NCBI GenBank assembly: GCA_947629045.1
Contig: CANRCF010000034.1
Coordinates: 1 to 64,000, forward strand
Length of the DNA stretch: 64,000 bases
DNA from: an uncultured Clostridia bacterium
GTDB lineage: Bacteria; Bacillota; Clostridia; TANB77; CAG-508
Reading direction: 5' to 3'
Shown: positions 41,980 to 52,310 of the stretch, piece after piece
How positions within the stretch are numbered: position 1 is the stretch's first letter
How the letters are laid out: each line of letters begins with the position of its first letter
The notes under the pieces: generated by a model
Seen by the model: only the letters and a program-made list of their open reading frames with translations
Told to the model about the DNA's origin: nothing
Database searches by the model: none
Made by a program: the position numbers and the translations under genes

Positions 41980-42054
41980 TGGTGACCCCGACGGGAATCG
42001 AACCCATGTCTCCGCCGTGAAAGGGCGATGTCTTAACCGCTTGACCACGGGGCC
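41980..42054 (-). tRNA. tRNA-Glu (anticodon TTC)
   Basis: Reverse complement GGCCCCGTGGTCAAGCGGTTAAGACATCGCCCTTTCACGGCGGAGACATGGGTTCGATTCCCGTCGGGGTCACCA. Confidence 0.8.
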
Positions 42055-42108
42055 ATAAATTAAAAAGTTTATCCTAGGATTTAAATTTTTAAGGTTTAAA
42101 TCCTAGTT

Positions 42109-42184
42109 TGGTGAGCCATCGCGGACTCGAACCGCGGACAACTTGATTAAAAGTCAAGTGCTCTACCACCTGAGCTAATGACCC
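42109..42184 (-). tRNA. tRNA-Lys (anticodon TTT)
   Basis: Reverse complement GGGTCATTAGCTCAGGTGGTAGAGCACTTGACTTTTAATCAAGTTGTCCGCGGTTCGAGTCCGCGATGGCTCACCA. Confidence 0.8.
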
Positions 42185-42411
42185 AAGTCTAAAGCTTGCC
42201 ACACCCATTTCTGAGTTAACACAAGCTTTATTTTAAACTATTTTTTTGGTTTTGTCAACCTTTTTTTATCATTTTGTGAATTTTTTATGAACTTTTGCTA
42301 TAATTCAAATGAATTTTCTTTATTTTTAATAAATCTTATTAAGAATTTTACTACATTTCAAACAAATTTATTAACTTTATTAGTCCAATTTTTATTAGCC
42401 TAATTTGAAAT

Positions 42412-42597
42412 TTAAGCATTTAGTTTTTCTATTAATTCATCTACATCTATTCCATGTACTTCGCATGCTTCTTCAATTGTTTCTGCTTGTGAAGCAGGAC
42501 AACCTAAGCAATGCATGCCAGCATCTAATAAAATATCTGCCTTTTCTGGAGCTTTCTCTAATAACTCTCCTATTGTCATATCTTTCTTTATATCCAT
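42412..42597 (-). CDS. DUF1858-family small redox protein (CxxC; hybrid-cluster-protein-associated disulfide protein type)
   Basis: 61 aa carrying the GMHCLGCP motif. Confidence 0.6.
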   Translation of the reverse strand: MDIKKDMTIGELLEKAPEKADILLDAGMHCLGCPASQAETIEEACEVHGIDVDELIEKLNA

Positions 42598-42902
42598 AAA
42601 ATTCTTCTCATATAATGTTATAGCATTATATGAAACTCCTTTCTTTTAATATTTTTTAAATTTATTTATAAATTTTACCACAAATTTTCAAAAAAGTATA
42701 GACAAAATTAAAATTTTGTTGTATTATGGTAAAAATTGGAAAGAGGTGGTTTTATATAGAATTAATTGATTATTTCTTTATCCTTCTTATTATAAATTCT
42801 TTTATATTTTTTTATTCACTATATACTTTTATTGATATTAAAATTTTTCATAATCTACAAGGTTCCAAATTGAAATTAAAAAATAATTTTTATAAATAGG
42901 AG

Positions 42903-44729
42903 GTGTATATACTTATTAAGCGTTTTTTATTTACTTTATTTTTTGTGCTCATTTTTTGTTTTATTTTTTATAAAATTTTTTCTCCACTTTATTTTTCAAA
43001 TGAAATTATAATAGATTATGGATTGCATCCATTTAATATCTGCACAGAACAGCCTATTATTTGGAAATATTGTAAAATGTGGTTTTGCATAACAACTATT
43101 TTTACAGCATTTTTTATTTCTAATATGCTTCATCATTTTTTTAATAATTTATTTGCAAATAATTTATTAAAAATAAAAAATGATAATATTAAAAATAATA
43201 AATTAAACAATAAAATAGAAAATAAATTTATTCATAAATTTAATAATCATTTAAAAAATAACGTATCTATAATAAATTCAAATAATATTAAAAATGAAAA
43301 ATATTCTTTTATTTTCCCACCTAATAAGCCTTTACAACTTTTAATAGGTGAAACTGAAGAAAATGCAGAAAAAATTTATTTACCAGAAAAAAGTTTATAT
43401 CAAAATATTTTAATTACTGGAACCATTGGAACTGGAAAAACAAGTAGTGCTATGTATCCATTTACTAAACAGCTCATTTCATATTCACATAATAATGAAA
43501 ACGAAAAATTAGGAATGTTAATTTTAGATGTAAAAGGAAATTATTATAAAAAAGTATTAGAATTTGTAGAGGAATTTAACCGCAAAGATGATGTAATAAT
43601 TATTGAATTAAATGGCAAATTTAAATATAACCCATTAGATAAGCCACATTTAAAAGCTTCAATTTTAGCAGAGCGATTAAAAACAATTTTACTGCTTTTT
43701 TCAAAAAATAATTCTGAATCATATTGGTTAGATAAATCAGCACAAGTTTTAGAAGAATGTATTAAACTTTGTAGACTATACAATGATAATTATGTTACCT
43801 TTGAAGAGTTACATAAACTTGTTAATGAACCAAATTATTATTTAGAAAAAATAAATTTATTACGTGAAAAATTCTTAAAAAATGAATTTCGTGAAAATCA
43901 AGTTTATGATTTACTTTCATCAATAACTTTCTTTGAAAAAGAATTTTTAAGTCTAGATAATAGAACTCTATCAATTTTAAAATCAGAAATTACACGTATT
44001 ACAAATTGTTTTGTTTCAGATTATGATGTCTTAAAAACTTTTAATCCCAAAAAAGAAGAACTTAATTTTTATGGTTTTGAAGAAGTAATATCAAAAGGCA
44101 AAATTGTAGTATTAAATATGAATATAAATGAATATACAAACTTATCTAAAATAATTGCAGCATATTTAAAATTAGATTTTCAAACAGAAGTTATGATTAG
44201 ATTATCAAAATATGATTCTAATAATATTAGACCCGTTTGTTTTATTTCTGATGAATATTCAGAATATTGTACAGAAACAGATGCTAACTTTTTTTCTCAA
44301 AGTAGAGAAGCAAAATGCATAAATATTGTCGCTACACAAAGTTATACTTCTTTATTAAATACACTTCATGATGAATCTGCAGTTAAAGTTATAATTCAAA
44401 ATTTAATAAATAAATTATGGTTTAGAAATGATGATATTTTTACAATAGAAACTGCTCAAAAGCAAATTGGAAAAGAGGATAAAGAAAAAATTTCAAGAGG
44501 CATTTCAGAAAATGCAAAAGAAACAGTTTTTAGTTATTTTACTAATTCTTTAAATTCTAAAAATTCAAGTATATCTGAAACAATTAGTACTTATATTCAT
44601 TCAGATTTTGTTTTCGATACTAATTTTTTCTCACAAGAACTTCAGAATTTTACTTGCCTTGCTTTTTTATCTGATGGCTCTAAAATAATTCCACCAAAAA
44701 AAATTAATTTATTTCCATTTTTTAAATAA
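42903..44729 (+). CDS. Type IV coupling protein (VirD4/TraG family)
   Basis: N-terminal TM helices. Walker A ILITGTIGTGKTS. DVKGN matches the DPKGE-type motif, FISDEY is Walker B, SQSREAKCINIVATQSYTSL is the T4CP motif. The GTG start sits too close to the SD, so the exact start is uncertain. Confidence 0.65.
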   Translation: MYILIKRFLFTLFFVLIFCFIFYKIFSPLYFSNEIIIDYGLHPFNICTEQPIIWKYCKMWFCITTIFTAFFISNMLHHFFNNLFANNLLKIKNDNIKNNKLNNKIENKFIHKFNNHLKNNVSIINSNNIKNEKYSFIFPPNKPLQLLIGETEENAEKIYLPEKSLYQNILITGTIGTGKTSSAMYPFTKQLISYSHNNENEKLGMLILDVKGNYYKKVLEFVEEFNRKDDVIIIELNGKFKYNPLDKPHLKASILAERLKTILLLFSKNNSESYWLDKSAQVLEECIKLCRLYNDNYVTFEELHKLVNEPNYYLEKINLLREKFLKNEFRENQVYDLLSSITFFEKEFLSLDNRTLSILKSEITRITNCFVSDYDVLKTFNPKKEELNFYGFEEVISKGKIVVLNMNINEYTNLSKIIAAYLKLDFQTEVMIRLSKYDSNNIRPVCFISDEYSEYCTETDANFFSQSREAKCINIVATQSYTSLLNTLHDESAVKVIIQNLINKLWFRNDDIFTIETAQKQIGKEDKEKISRGISENAKETVFSYFTNSLNSKNSSISETISTYIHSDFVFDTNFFSQELQNFTCLAFLSDGSKIIPPKKINLFPFFK

Positions 44730-44751
44730 TAATTATTTTTTTATTTTTATT

Positions 44752-44784
44752 AATTAATTATTAATTAATTATTAATTAATTATT
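44752..44784. repeat. AT-only 11-nt tandem repeat (TAATTAATTAT x3)
   Basis: Three perfect copies in the T4CP and VirB2-like intergenic spacer. Confidence 0.5.
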
Positions 44785-44824
44785 TATTTATTATTTTATT
44801 TTTAATTATTAGGAGGTTACATAT

Positions 44825-45181
44825 ATGATTATTTATAAAAAAAATTTAAAATCAAAAATTATTTTAAAAATTTTATTTATTTTATTATTATTTTTATTTT
44901 TTTCTTCAACTTTTGTACATGCTAATATTTTTGATGGTTCGCCAGAAGTAGTAGATAAATTAAATTCAGCTTTTGAAAAAATAGAAAGTTGGATGTTAAA
45001 ATTATCAACTCCTGCAGCAGCTGTTGCAGTGGCTGTTGGATTATTTATGAAAAAATTTAGTTTTGGTGATGAAGAAAGAATTAGAATTGCTAAAAAATTA
45101 ATACGAGGTAGCTTATTTTCTTATGCTTTTATTCTAGTTTTAGATTTAGTATTATCTGCAATTCAAACATTATTAAAATAG
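44825..45181 (+). CDS. Small secreted/membrane protein, possibly VirB2/TrbC-like pilin-type
   Basis: Signal or TM segment, a hydrophobic Ala/Val-rich core (AAAVAVAVGLFM) and a second C-terminal TM. Strong SD. Homology is inferred from topology only. Confidence 0.35.
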   Translation: MIIYKKNLKSKIILKILFILLLFLFFSSTFVHANIFDGSPEVVDKLNSAFEKIESWMLKLSTPAAAVAVAVGLFMKKFSFGDEERIRIAKKLIRGSLFSYAFILVLDLVLSAIQTLLK

Positions 45182-45193
45182 GAGGTATTATAT

Positions 45194-46078
45194 TTGGAAG
45201 AAACAGCATCACTTACAAATGCAATTGTTCAAACAATTAATAATATTTTTCAAACATTATTTTCTTCTATAGATAATAGTGTTTATCAAATATTAGATGA
45301 ATTAACTTTTATAAATCCAAATATTTTAAATGAACCTTTATTAGAAAAATTATTTGGTACAAGTGCTTCTAATGGTTTATTATTGCTTGCTAATTCTTTG
45401 TTATTTGGTTTTGCATTATATTATGGAATTCGTTTAATATATTCTTATTATATGAATTTACAGGTAGAAAGACCTTATCAATTTATTTTTAAATTAATTA
45501 TTTTTGGAATTATTATGAATAGTTCATATTTTATATGCAAGCAATTTTTAGAATTAAACTCTTTACTTTCTGAAAGCATTAGAAGCATTGGTGCTTCTAT
45601 AATTGGGCACGAAATTTCTTTTTCTGAATTAATTAATCAATTAAATAGTGTAATTAGTGTTGGAGAAACTGATTTTAATATTTTTTCTTTTGATGGTTTA
45701 ATTAAAAGTTTTATTTCTGTTGGATTATTTAATTTAATTTTTTCATATTCATTAAGATTTGTAATTATTAAAGTTTTTCTTTTTCTAACACCTTTTGCAA
45801 TATTAAGTTTAATTAATCAATCTACATCATGGTTATTTAAAACATGGATTAGAACTACAATATCTTTATTATTGCAACAGTCATTTATATCTATTATTTT
45901 ATTAATTATTTTTTCTTTTGATTTTTCATCTCAAAATATTTTTTCTAAATTAATGTATATAGGAGGTATTTATGCTTTAATGCACGCAAATTCATATATG
46001 AGAACTTTAATTGGTGGAATTTCTACAGATGTTTCTTCTAATTTACAAATGGGATTATCAAAATTAAAAAATAATTAA
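45194..46078 (+). CDS. Polytopic membrane protein, possibly VirB6/TrbL-like
   Basis: Five or six TM helices. It lies in an operon with the T4CP-like and VirB3-like genes. TTG start with a GGAGG SD. Confidence 0.35.
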   Translation: MEETASLTNAIVQTINNIFQTLFSSIDNSVYQILDELTFINPNILNEPLLEKLFGTSASNGLLLLANSLLFGFALYYGIRLIYSYYMNLQVERPYQFIFKLIIFGIIMNSSYFICKQFLELNSLLSESIRSIGASIIGHEISFSELINQLNSVISVGETDFNIFSFDGLIKSFISVGLFNLIFSYSLRFVIIKVFLFLTPFAILSLINQSTSWLFKTWIRTTISLLLQQSFISIILLIIFSFDFSSQNIFSKLMYIGGIYALMHANSYMRTLIGGISTDVSSNLQMGLSKLKNN

Positions 46079-46100
46079 TTATTTTATTGGAGGTATTTAA

Positions 46101-46385
46101 ATGAAATTTATTTTTCCACAAAATTATCGTTTTAAAAATAAATTATTAGGAATCGTTGATTATTCAACTTTATTTTTTAATATTATTTTTGCATTTTTAC
46201 TTTTTGGATTTATTAATTTATTTTTTGATAATATTAATTTAAAAATATTTATTTTTATTATTTTTTATTTTCCAATTTTATTATTTAGTATAATTGGATT
46301 TAATCATGAAAATATTTTATATATTATTATTTATTTAATAAAATATATAAAAAATAATAAATTATATTTATATAATAAAAAATAA
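46101..46385 (+). CDS. Small two-TM membrane protein, VirB3/TcpE-like
   Basis: 94 aa with two TM helices. It holds the position usually taken by VirB3-like genes beside VirB6/VirB4 in Gram-positive T4SS loci. Confidence 0.35.
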   Translation: MKFIFPQNYRFKNKLLGIVDYSTLFFNIIFAFLLFGFINLFFDNINLKIFIFIIFYFPILLFSIIGFNHENILYIIIYLIKYIKNNKLYLYNKK

Positions 46386-46845
46386 TTATTATATTTTTTA
46401 ATTTTATATAATAAAACATTAGTAAATATTTTTTTATGCAATATTCTTTCATTTTGTCATTTTAACAATATTTTGGTTTTTCTATTATGTTTTTATTCTA
46501 TTTCACTTCTTTATTTAATGTTCTAAACTCTTTTTAAAATATTATGTTAATCAATTTGAGGATTTTTGCTTTTACCTAATAATATTTCAAAAAACATTAA
46601 TTCCGTTAGGTTTTACCTGGTATTTTTTATTCTACTTTATTTCTTTACCAAACATTTATTATAACCTTATTATCTTTTTCATTATTATTCTAATTTCTGT
46701 ATAAAATTTTTCTGTATACTACTATATTTAGTAAGTTGTTTTTTTGACAATTTTATTCATTGTGTTTTTTATTAAATAATAATTTTTTTATTATAATATT
46801 TTTTTTAATAATTATTATTCATTAAAAGAATTATTATTTCTATTA

Positions 46846-46874
46846 TTGTAAAAGCTAAAAAAAAATGATATAAT
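46846..46874 (+). promoter_or_regulatory. Sigma-A-type promoter upstream of the dnaD-like gene
   Basis: TTGTAA (-35), 17-nt spacer, then extended -10 TGATATAAT. Confidence 0.45.
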
Positions 46875-46903
46875 TTGACAAAAGATTACATGGGGGTTTT
46901 TCT

Positions 46904-47869
46904 ATGAAATTAGAACAAAGTGAATTATCACCTTTATTTTTAAATACAAATATTCCAGATATATTTTTTACAGAATATTTACCAGAAGCTAATGGTGATT
47001 TCTTAAAAGTATATTTATATATATTATTTCTTTCAAAATATGATAAAGATATAAAAGTAAATGATTTATGCAAAAAATTAGGTCTTTCTCTTCCAACAAT
47101 TCAAAATGCTATTAAATATTGGGAAGACCAAGGTGTTCTTACAAAGAAAAATACAGGATTTGTTTTTAATAATTTACAAGAATTAGAACTTAATCATTTA
47201 TATAAGCCTCGTGTTGCTTTATCTGCTGAACAACTTAAACAGTCTGCAGAAAGTCAAAGACGTGCAAAAACAATTGAGTATATAAATAACAAATTCTTTT
47301 CTGGTTTAATGCCTACATCTTGGTATCCAGAAATAGAATTATGGTTTAAAAAGTATGAGTTTGACGATGAAGTTATGATTGCCTTATTTGAATATTGTTT
47401 TGATAAATCTGCTCTTCACAAGGCTTATATTCAAGTTGTAGCAGATGCATGGAATAAAGATAAAATTAAAACTTATAATGATTTAGAACATTACTTCCAG
47501 AAAAAAGAAACAGTAACTAAAATTGCAAATATGATTATCAAAAAGCTTTCTCTTAATAGACAGCTTTCTCAATATGAATTTGATTATGTTGAAAAATGGG
47601 TAGTAGACTTTTCTTTTTCATTTGAAATTATCGAAATTGCATTAAAGAAAACTACATCTAAGGTTAATCCTAGCTTTGAATATATTGACAAATTGCTATC
47701 TGATTGGCATGATAGAGGATTAAAAACAGAAGAGCAAGTTCAAAAATTCTTATCTGACATGAAACAAAAAAATAAAGATATTAAAGAATTAGAAAAAAAG
47801 ACTAATTATCAAAAATATGAGCAAAGAAGTTATAATAATCTAAATGATTTATATGCTAATAAAAAATAA
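46904..47869 (+). CDS. DnaD-domain replication initiation/membrane attachment protein (DnaB-Bsu/DnaD-like)
   Basis: N-terminal winged-helix (DDBH1-like) region and two DnaB_2 repeats, with YIQVVADAW and YIDKLLSDW matching the YxxxIxxxW motif. Confidence 0.7.
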   Translation: MKLEQSELSPLFLNTNIPDIFFTEYLPEANGDFLKVYLYILFLSKYDKDIKVNDLCKKLGLSLPTIQNAIKYWEDQGVLTKKNTGFVFNNLQELELNHLYKPRVALSAEQLKQSAESQRRAKTIEYINNKFFSGLMPTSWYPEIELWFKKYEFDDEVMIALFEYCFDKSALHKAYIQVVADAWNKDKIKTYNDLEHYFQKKETVTKIANMIIKKLSLNRQLSQYEFDYVEKWVVDFSFSFEIIEIALKKTTSKVNPSFEYIDKLLSDWHDRGLKTEEQVQKFLSDMKQKNKDIKELEKKTNYQKYEQRSYNNLNDLYANKK

Positions 47870-47886
47870 ATTTTTAGGAGGTTATT

Positions 47887-48879
47887 TTGAATAATTCTAC
47901 TTTAAATATTTTATTAAATGAATATAGAAAAAAAAGATTACTAGCAGAAAAAATAGCAGATGAAAAAAAGCAAGAATTATATGAAGAATTTCCTGAGCTT
48001 GATGAAATTGATAAAAAATTAAGTTCTCTTGCTTTAGGAACAATGAAAGAAATTGCCAAAAATAATAATTTATCATTATTAGAAAATTTAAATTCTAATA
48101 TTAGCGAATTAAAAAAACAAAAAGAAAAAATATTAGAAAAAATTGGTGAAAAAGCAAATTTAATTGTTCCTCAATATGAATGTAAAAAATGCAATGATAC
48201 TGGATATATTTTAAATAATAATTCTTCAGAAATGTGTACTTGTTTAAAGCAGAAAATATATAATATTGAATATAATAAATCAAATATTAAAAATTTAGAA
48301 AAACAAAATTTTAATAATTTTAATTTAAATTTTTATTCTTCAGAAATTAATGAAGAAAAATATAATTCAAAAATTTCTCCAAAAGAAAATATGAAATTAA
48401 TTGAAAATATATGTAAAAATTTTATTAAAAATTTTGATGATGAAAATTGCAAAAGTTTATTATTTACTGGTAAAACTGGTTTAGGAAAAACCTATTTATC
48501 TGGATGTATTGCAAATGAATTATTAAAAAAAGGAAAAACTGTACTATATCAAACTTCTTCTGTTATGTTTGATACTATTATAAATTATCGTTTTGGAAAG
48601 AAAAATGTTTCTGAAACTATTTATGATTCTTTATTAAATGTAGATTTATTAATTATTGATGACTTAGGTACTGAAGGTAAAAATGATATGAAATTAGTAG
48701 AATTATTTAATTTATTAAATACTAGATTATTAAATTCTAAAAAAACTATAATTTCTACTAATTTAAGCCTTCAAACTTTATTTGATACTTATGATGAACG
48801 AATTGTATCTAGAATCGTTGGAAATTATGATATTTGTTATTTCTTTGGTGAGGATATACGTTTTAAAAAAATTAATTAA
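47887..48879 (+). CDS. DnaI/DnaC-family AAA+ helicase loader
   Basis: Zn-binding cysteines (CKKCNDTGY...CTC), Walker A LLFTGKTGLGKTYL, Walker B LLIIDDLGTE. Confidence 0.75.
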   Translation: MNNSTLNILLNEYRKKRLLAEKIADEKKQELYEEFPELDEIDKKLSSLALGTMKEIAKNNNLSLLENLNSNISELKKQKEKILEKIGEKANLIVPQYECKKCNDTGYILNNNSSEMCTCLKQKIYNIEYNKSNIKNLEKQNFNNFNLNFYSSEINEEKYNSKISPKENMKLIENICKNFIKNFDDENCKSLLFTGKTGLGKTYLSGCIANELLKKGKTVLYQTSSVMFDTIINYRFGKKNVSETIYDSLLNVDLLIIDDLGTEGKNDMKLVELFNLLNTRLLNSKKTIISTNLSLQTLFDTYDERIVSRIVGNYDICYFFGEDIRFKKIN

Positions 48880-48907
48880 TATTATTATTTTTTATTTATT
48901 ATTTAAT

Positions 48908-48965
48908 AAAAATTGTCCATAAATTATATTATTTTTAAATATAATTTTTAGGACAATTTTTATTT
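48908..48965. terminator. Long imperfect hairpin plus T-tracts, a bidirectional terminator between the helicase-loader gene and gyrA
   Basis: AAAATTGTCCATAAATTATATT...AATATAATTTTTAGGACAATTTT. Confidence 0.5.
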
Positions 48966-49016
48966 TCTAATTTTTTTATTTTTTGTTTTTTCGCTTTTTA
49001 TTTTCTATTTTATTTT

Positions 49017-51470
49017 TTATTCTTCACTTTCTTCTGGTGCAATAGCTTCTATGCTAACTACTTTTCCTTCATTTGTTCTCATAAGAGTTACACCTTGTGT
49101 TGCTCTTCCTAAAATGCTAATATCTTTTACTTTTAATCTTATAATTGTTCCATTTTCATTAATTAGCATTACATCTTGGTCATCTGTTACTATGCAAATA
49201 CCAACTATCTCACCTGTTTTTGGTGTTATTTTATATGTTGTTACACCTTTTCCGCCTCTTGTTTGTACTCTATATTCTTCTAGTTCTGTTCTCTTTCCAA
49301 ATCCATTTTCTGTAATTGCTAACAATGTTGCGTTTTTATTTCCTTCTATAATTGATTCCATTCCTATTACATAATCGCCTTCATCTAGACGAATTCCTAT
49401 AACGCCTTGCGCTGTTCTTCCCATTGGTCTTACATCTTTTTCACCAAAGGTTATGCAACTTCCTTTTCTTGTTACCATTACAACATTGTCTTGTCCATCT
49501 GTTAATCTAACATCAATTAATTCATCATCTTCTCTTAGTGTAATAGAAAGTAATCCAGTTTTTCTTGATGAATCAAATTCTGTTAATGGTGTTTTCTTAA
49601 TGAAGCCTTGTTTTGTTCCCATTAATAAGTATTTTCCGTCTGCAAATGTACTAATTGGAATAACTGCAGATATTTTTTCTCCACTATCTAATCTTAATAA
49701 GTTTACAATAGCTGTTCCTTTAGCAGTTCTTCCAGCCTCTGGAATTTCATATCCTCTTAGATGATACAATTTTCCTTTATTTGTGAAGAATAAAATTGTG
49801 TCATGTGTAGATGCTGTAAATATTTGTTTTACAAAGTCATCTTCTCTTGTTGCTAATCCTGTAATTCCTTTTCCACCTCTCTTTTGGCTCTTATATGTAT
49901 CTACTGGCATTCTTTTTACATAACCAAAATGAGTTAAAGTAATTACAGTTTGTTCTTCTTTTACTAAATCTTCAATGTCAATTTCTCCTTCTGCTGCAAC
50001 TATTTTAGTCTTTCTTTCATCACCATATTTTTCTTTGATTTCTAATAATTCTTCTTTTATAATATCATAAACTAATTTTTCGCTTGATAAAACTTCTCTT
50101 AAGTGTTCAATTAATTTCATTAATTCGTTATATTCTTCATCTATTTTTTCTCTTTGCAAACCTGATAGAGTTCTTAATCTCATATCAAGAATTGCTTGTG
50201 CTTGAATTTCAGAAAGTTTAAATCTTTCCATTAATCTTTCTTTTGCATCATCATAAGAATTACGAATTATATTAATTACTTCATCAATATTATCCAAGGC
50301 AATTTTTAAACCTTCTAATATATGTGCTCTTGCTAATGCTTTATCTAAGTCGAATTGAGTTCTACGAAGAATAACAGTTTTTCTATGGTCTAAATAATAA
50401 TCTAAGCATTGCCTTAGTGTTAATATTTTTGGCTCTCCATTTACTAATGCAAGCATAATAACACCAAATGTATCTTGTAGTTGAGTATGTTTATATAATT
50501 GATTTAAAATAACTTGTGGATTTACATCTCTTTTTAATTCAATTACTATTCTTACTTTAGACTCTCTATCTGATTCATCTCTTATTTCAGATATTCCCTC
50601 TATTCTTTTTTCTTTAACTAAATTAGCAATATCTTCAATTAATTTTGCTTTATTTACTTGGTAAGGAAGTGAGTTAACAATTATTCTTTGCTTATTATTA
50701 GCCATCTCCTCTATTTCTGCTTCTGCTCTTACTGTAATTTTTCCTTTACCAGTTGTATATGCTTGTTTAATTCCTTCTAATCCTAAAATTACACCTTCTG
50801 TAGGAAAATCTGGACCTTTTATTACTGACATTAATTCTTCATCTGTTACATTATCTTCATCAATAATTTTTATAATTCCATTTATAACCTCTGTTAAGTT
50901 ATGTGGTGGAATATTTGTAGCCATTCCTACTGCAATACCTGAAGAACCATTTATTAAAAGTGATGGTATTTTAGAAGGAAGAACTGTTGGTTCTTGTAAA
51001 CGGTCATCGTAGTTTGGCATAAAATCAACTGTATTTTTTTCAATGTCTTCAAGCATTGTTTCAGCTATTTTTGCCATTCTTGCCTCTGTGTACCTCATTG
51101 CAGCTGCACCATCTCCGTCGATTGAACCAAAGTTTCCGTGTCCATCAATTAGTGTATATCTTTGAGTAAAATCTTGTGCTAATCTAACCATAGCATCATA
51201 TACTGAAGAATCTCCATGTGGATGGTATCTTCCTAAAACTGAACCAACTGTATTAGCACATTTTCTGTATGGCTTGTCCGATGTTATTCCATCTTCATAC
51301 ATTGAATACAAAATTCTTCTGTGTACAGGTTTTAAACCATCTCTAACATCTGGAAGAGCTCTTGATACAATAACACTCATTGCATAGTCAATATAGGCTG
51401 TACGCATTTCTTTTTCAATATCACGCTCTATAATTTTTCCGTCATTTCTTTTCTCGTTATCCTCTGCCAT
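49017..51470 (-). CDS. gyrA: DNA gyrase subunit A
   Basis: 817 aa. Active-site region AMRYTEARM, GyrA-box QKRGGKGITG, beta-pinwheel C-terminal domain. Confidence 0.95.
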   Translation of the reverse strand: MAEDNEKRNDGKIIERDIEKEMRTAYIDYAMSVIVSRALPDVRDGLKPVHRRILYSMYEDGITSDKPYRKCANTVGSVLGRYHPHGDSSVYDAMVRLAQDFTQRYTLIDGHGNFGSIDGDGAAAMRYTEARMAKIAETMLEDIEKNTVDFMPNYDDRLQEPTVLPSKIPSLLINGSSGIAVGMATNIPPHNLTEVINGIIKIIDEDNVTDEELMSVIKGPDFPTEGVILGLEGIKQAYTTGKGKITVRAEAEIEEMANNKQRIIVNSLPYQVNKAKLIEDIANLVKEKRIEGISEIRDESDRESKVRIVIELKRDVNPQVILNQLYKHTQLQDTFGVIMLALVNGEPKILTLRQCLDYYLDHRKTVILRRTQFDLDKALARAHILEGLKIALDNIDEVINIIRNSYDDAKERLMERFKLSEIQAQAILDMRLRTLSGLQREKIDEEYNELMKLIEHLREVLSSEKLVYDIIKEELLEIKEKYGDERKTKIVAAEGEIDIEDLVKEEQTVITLTHFGYVKRMPVDTYKSQKRGGKGITGLATREDDFVKQIFTASTHDTILFFTNKGKLYHLRGYEIPEAGRTAKGTAIVNLLRLDSGEKISAVIPISTFADGKYLLMGTKQGFIKKTPLTEFDSSRKTGLLSITLREDDELIDVRLTDGQDNVVMVTRKGSCITFGEKDVRPMGRTAQGVIGIRLDEGDYVIGMESIIEGNKNATLLAITENGFGKRTELEEYRVQTRGGKGVTTYKITPKTGEIVGICIVTDDQDVMLINENGTIIRLKVKDISILGRATQGVTLMRTNEGKVVSIEAIAPEESEE

Positions 51471-51563
51471 TTTTATACCTCTTTTCTCATTTTTTTCTAC
51501 CTACTTATTATACTAAAAGAGAAAAAAATATGCAAGCAAAAAACGCGAAAAAAACTATATAAA

Positions 51564-52310
51564 CTATGGATTTACAAGCATTCCTGCAAGCTCCATTTGC
51601 TCTTTAGATAAATTAAAATCATGACCATTATTTTTTATTAGAATATGTAGGTTTTCAATCTCTCTTGCCTGCTTTATTGTAGTTTCCATTGGTAAAATCT
51701 CTTTTAATTTTTCTTTTATTTTTTCATATTCTCTTTCCATTCCATCAAAATCTTGTGCTTTATAATAATCCCTCCAATTATTTTCATATTTTGATAATTT
51801 TTCTACAGAATTTAACTGGCTTACAAATTCATCTTCAATATTACTACTTATATTATCTAATATTGCATTTTTTCCCTGTCTTATTACACTTGTAACATTA
51901 TTAGGTAACCATCCATTTTTACTTGTTATAGATAAAGCTGAATCTATTGCATCAGAAATTCCATCTATTATTCCACCACTTTTTATAGCATTTTGTGCCT
52001 GAGAAATATTTTCAAATTTTCCTGTAAAAATTCCAAGTACACTTTTTCCAAGTTCTGTAGCACCTTGAATTGCTTTACTAATTCCTTCTTTTAAACCTCC
52101 TCTAATTAAACTATCTTTTACATCAATAATTTGATTTTCAACAAAATCAGGTAAAACCCATCTTAATCCTAAATCCACTGCAGAATTTATTACTTTTCCT
52201 AAGGTACTATCTAAAAAATTATTTTGCTCTATTTCTAAATTATCTGAGTTTAAATTATTTTCCTGTAAATTTTGATTTAATTCTTTTTCATTATTTAATA
52301 CATTTTCCAT
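51564..52310 (-). CDS. Hypothetical protein
   Basis: 248 aa with no recognisable motif. N/E/Q-rich N-terminus, Gly/Ser-rich middle. Confidence 0.4.
   Translation of the reverse strand: MENVLNNEKELNQNLQENNLNSDNLEIEQNNFLDSTLGKVINSAVDLGLRWVLPDFVENQIIDVKDSLIRGGLKEGISKAIQGATELGKSVLGIFTGKFENISQAQNAIKSGGIIDGISDAIDSALSITSKNGWLPNNVTSVIRQGKNAILDNISSNIEDEFVSQLNSVEKLSKYENNWRDYYKAQDFDGMEREYEKIKEKLKEILPMETTIKQAREIENLHILIKNNGHDFNLSKEQMELAGMLVNP

Noticed and set aside
44730-44824. Considered whether the AT-only tandem repeats are a CRISPR-like array
   Set aside because: The units are 11 nt with no spacers and pure A/T. This is simple low-complexity DNA in an intergenic spacer.
46386-46903. 518-bp AT-rich spacer before the dnaD-like gene, checked for DnaA boxes or a second origin
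   Set aside because: No TTATCCACA-like boxes. It contains only a sigma-A promoter and an SD for the dnaD-like gene.
49017-51470. Considered whether this is parC (topoisomerase IV subunit A) rather than gyrA, given its separation from gyrB
   Set aside because: The GyrA-box (QKRGGKGITG) is present, and the gyrB at 57573-59504 follows recF as expected. Both are gyrase subunits despite the 6-kb insertion.
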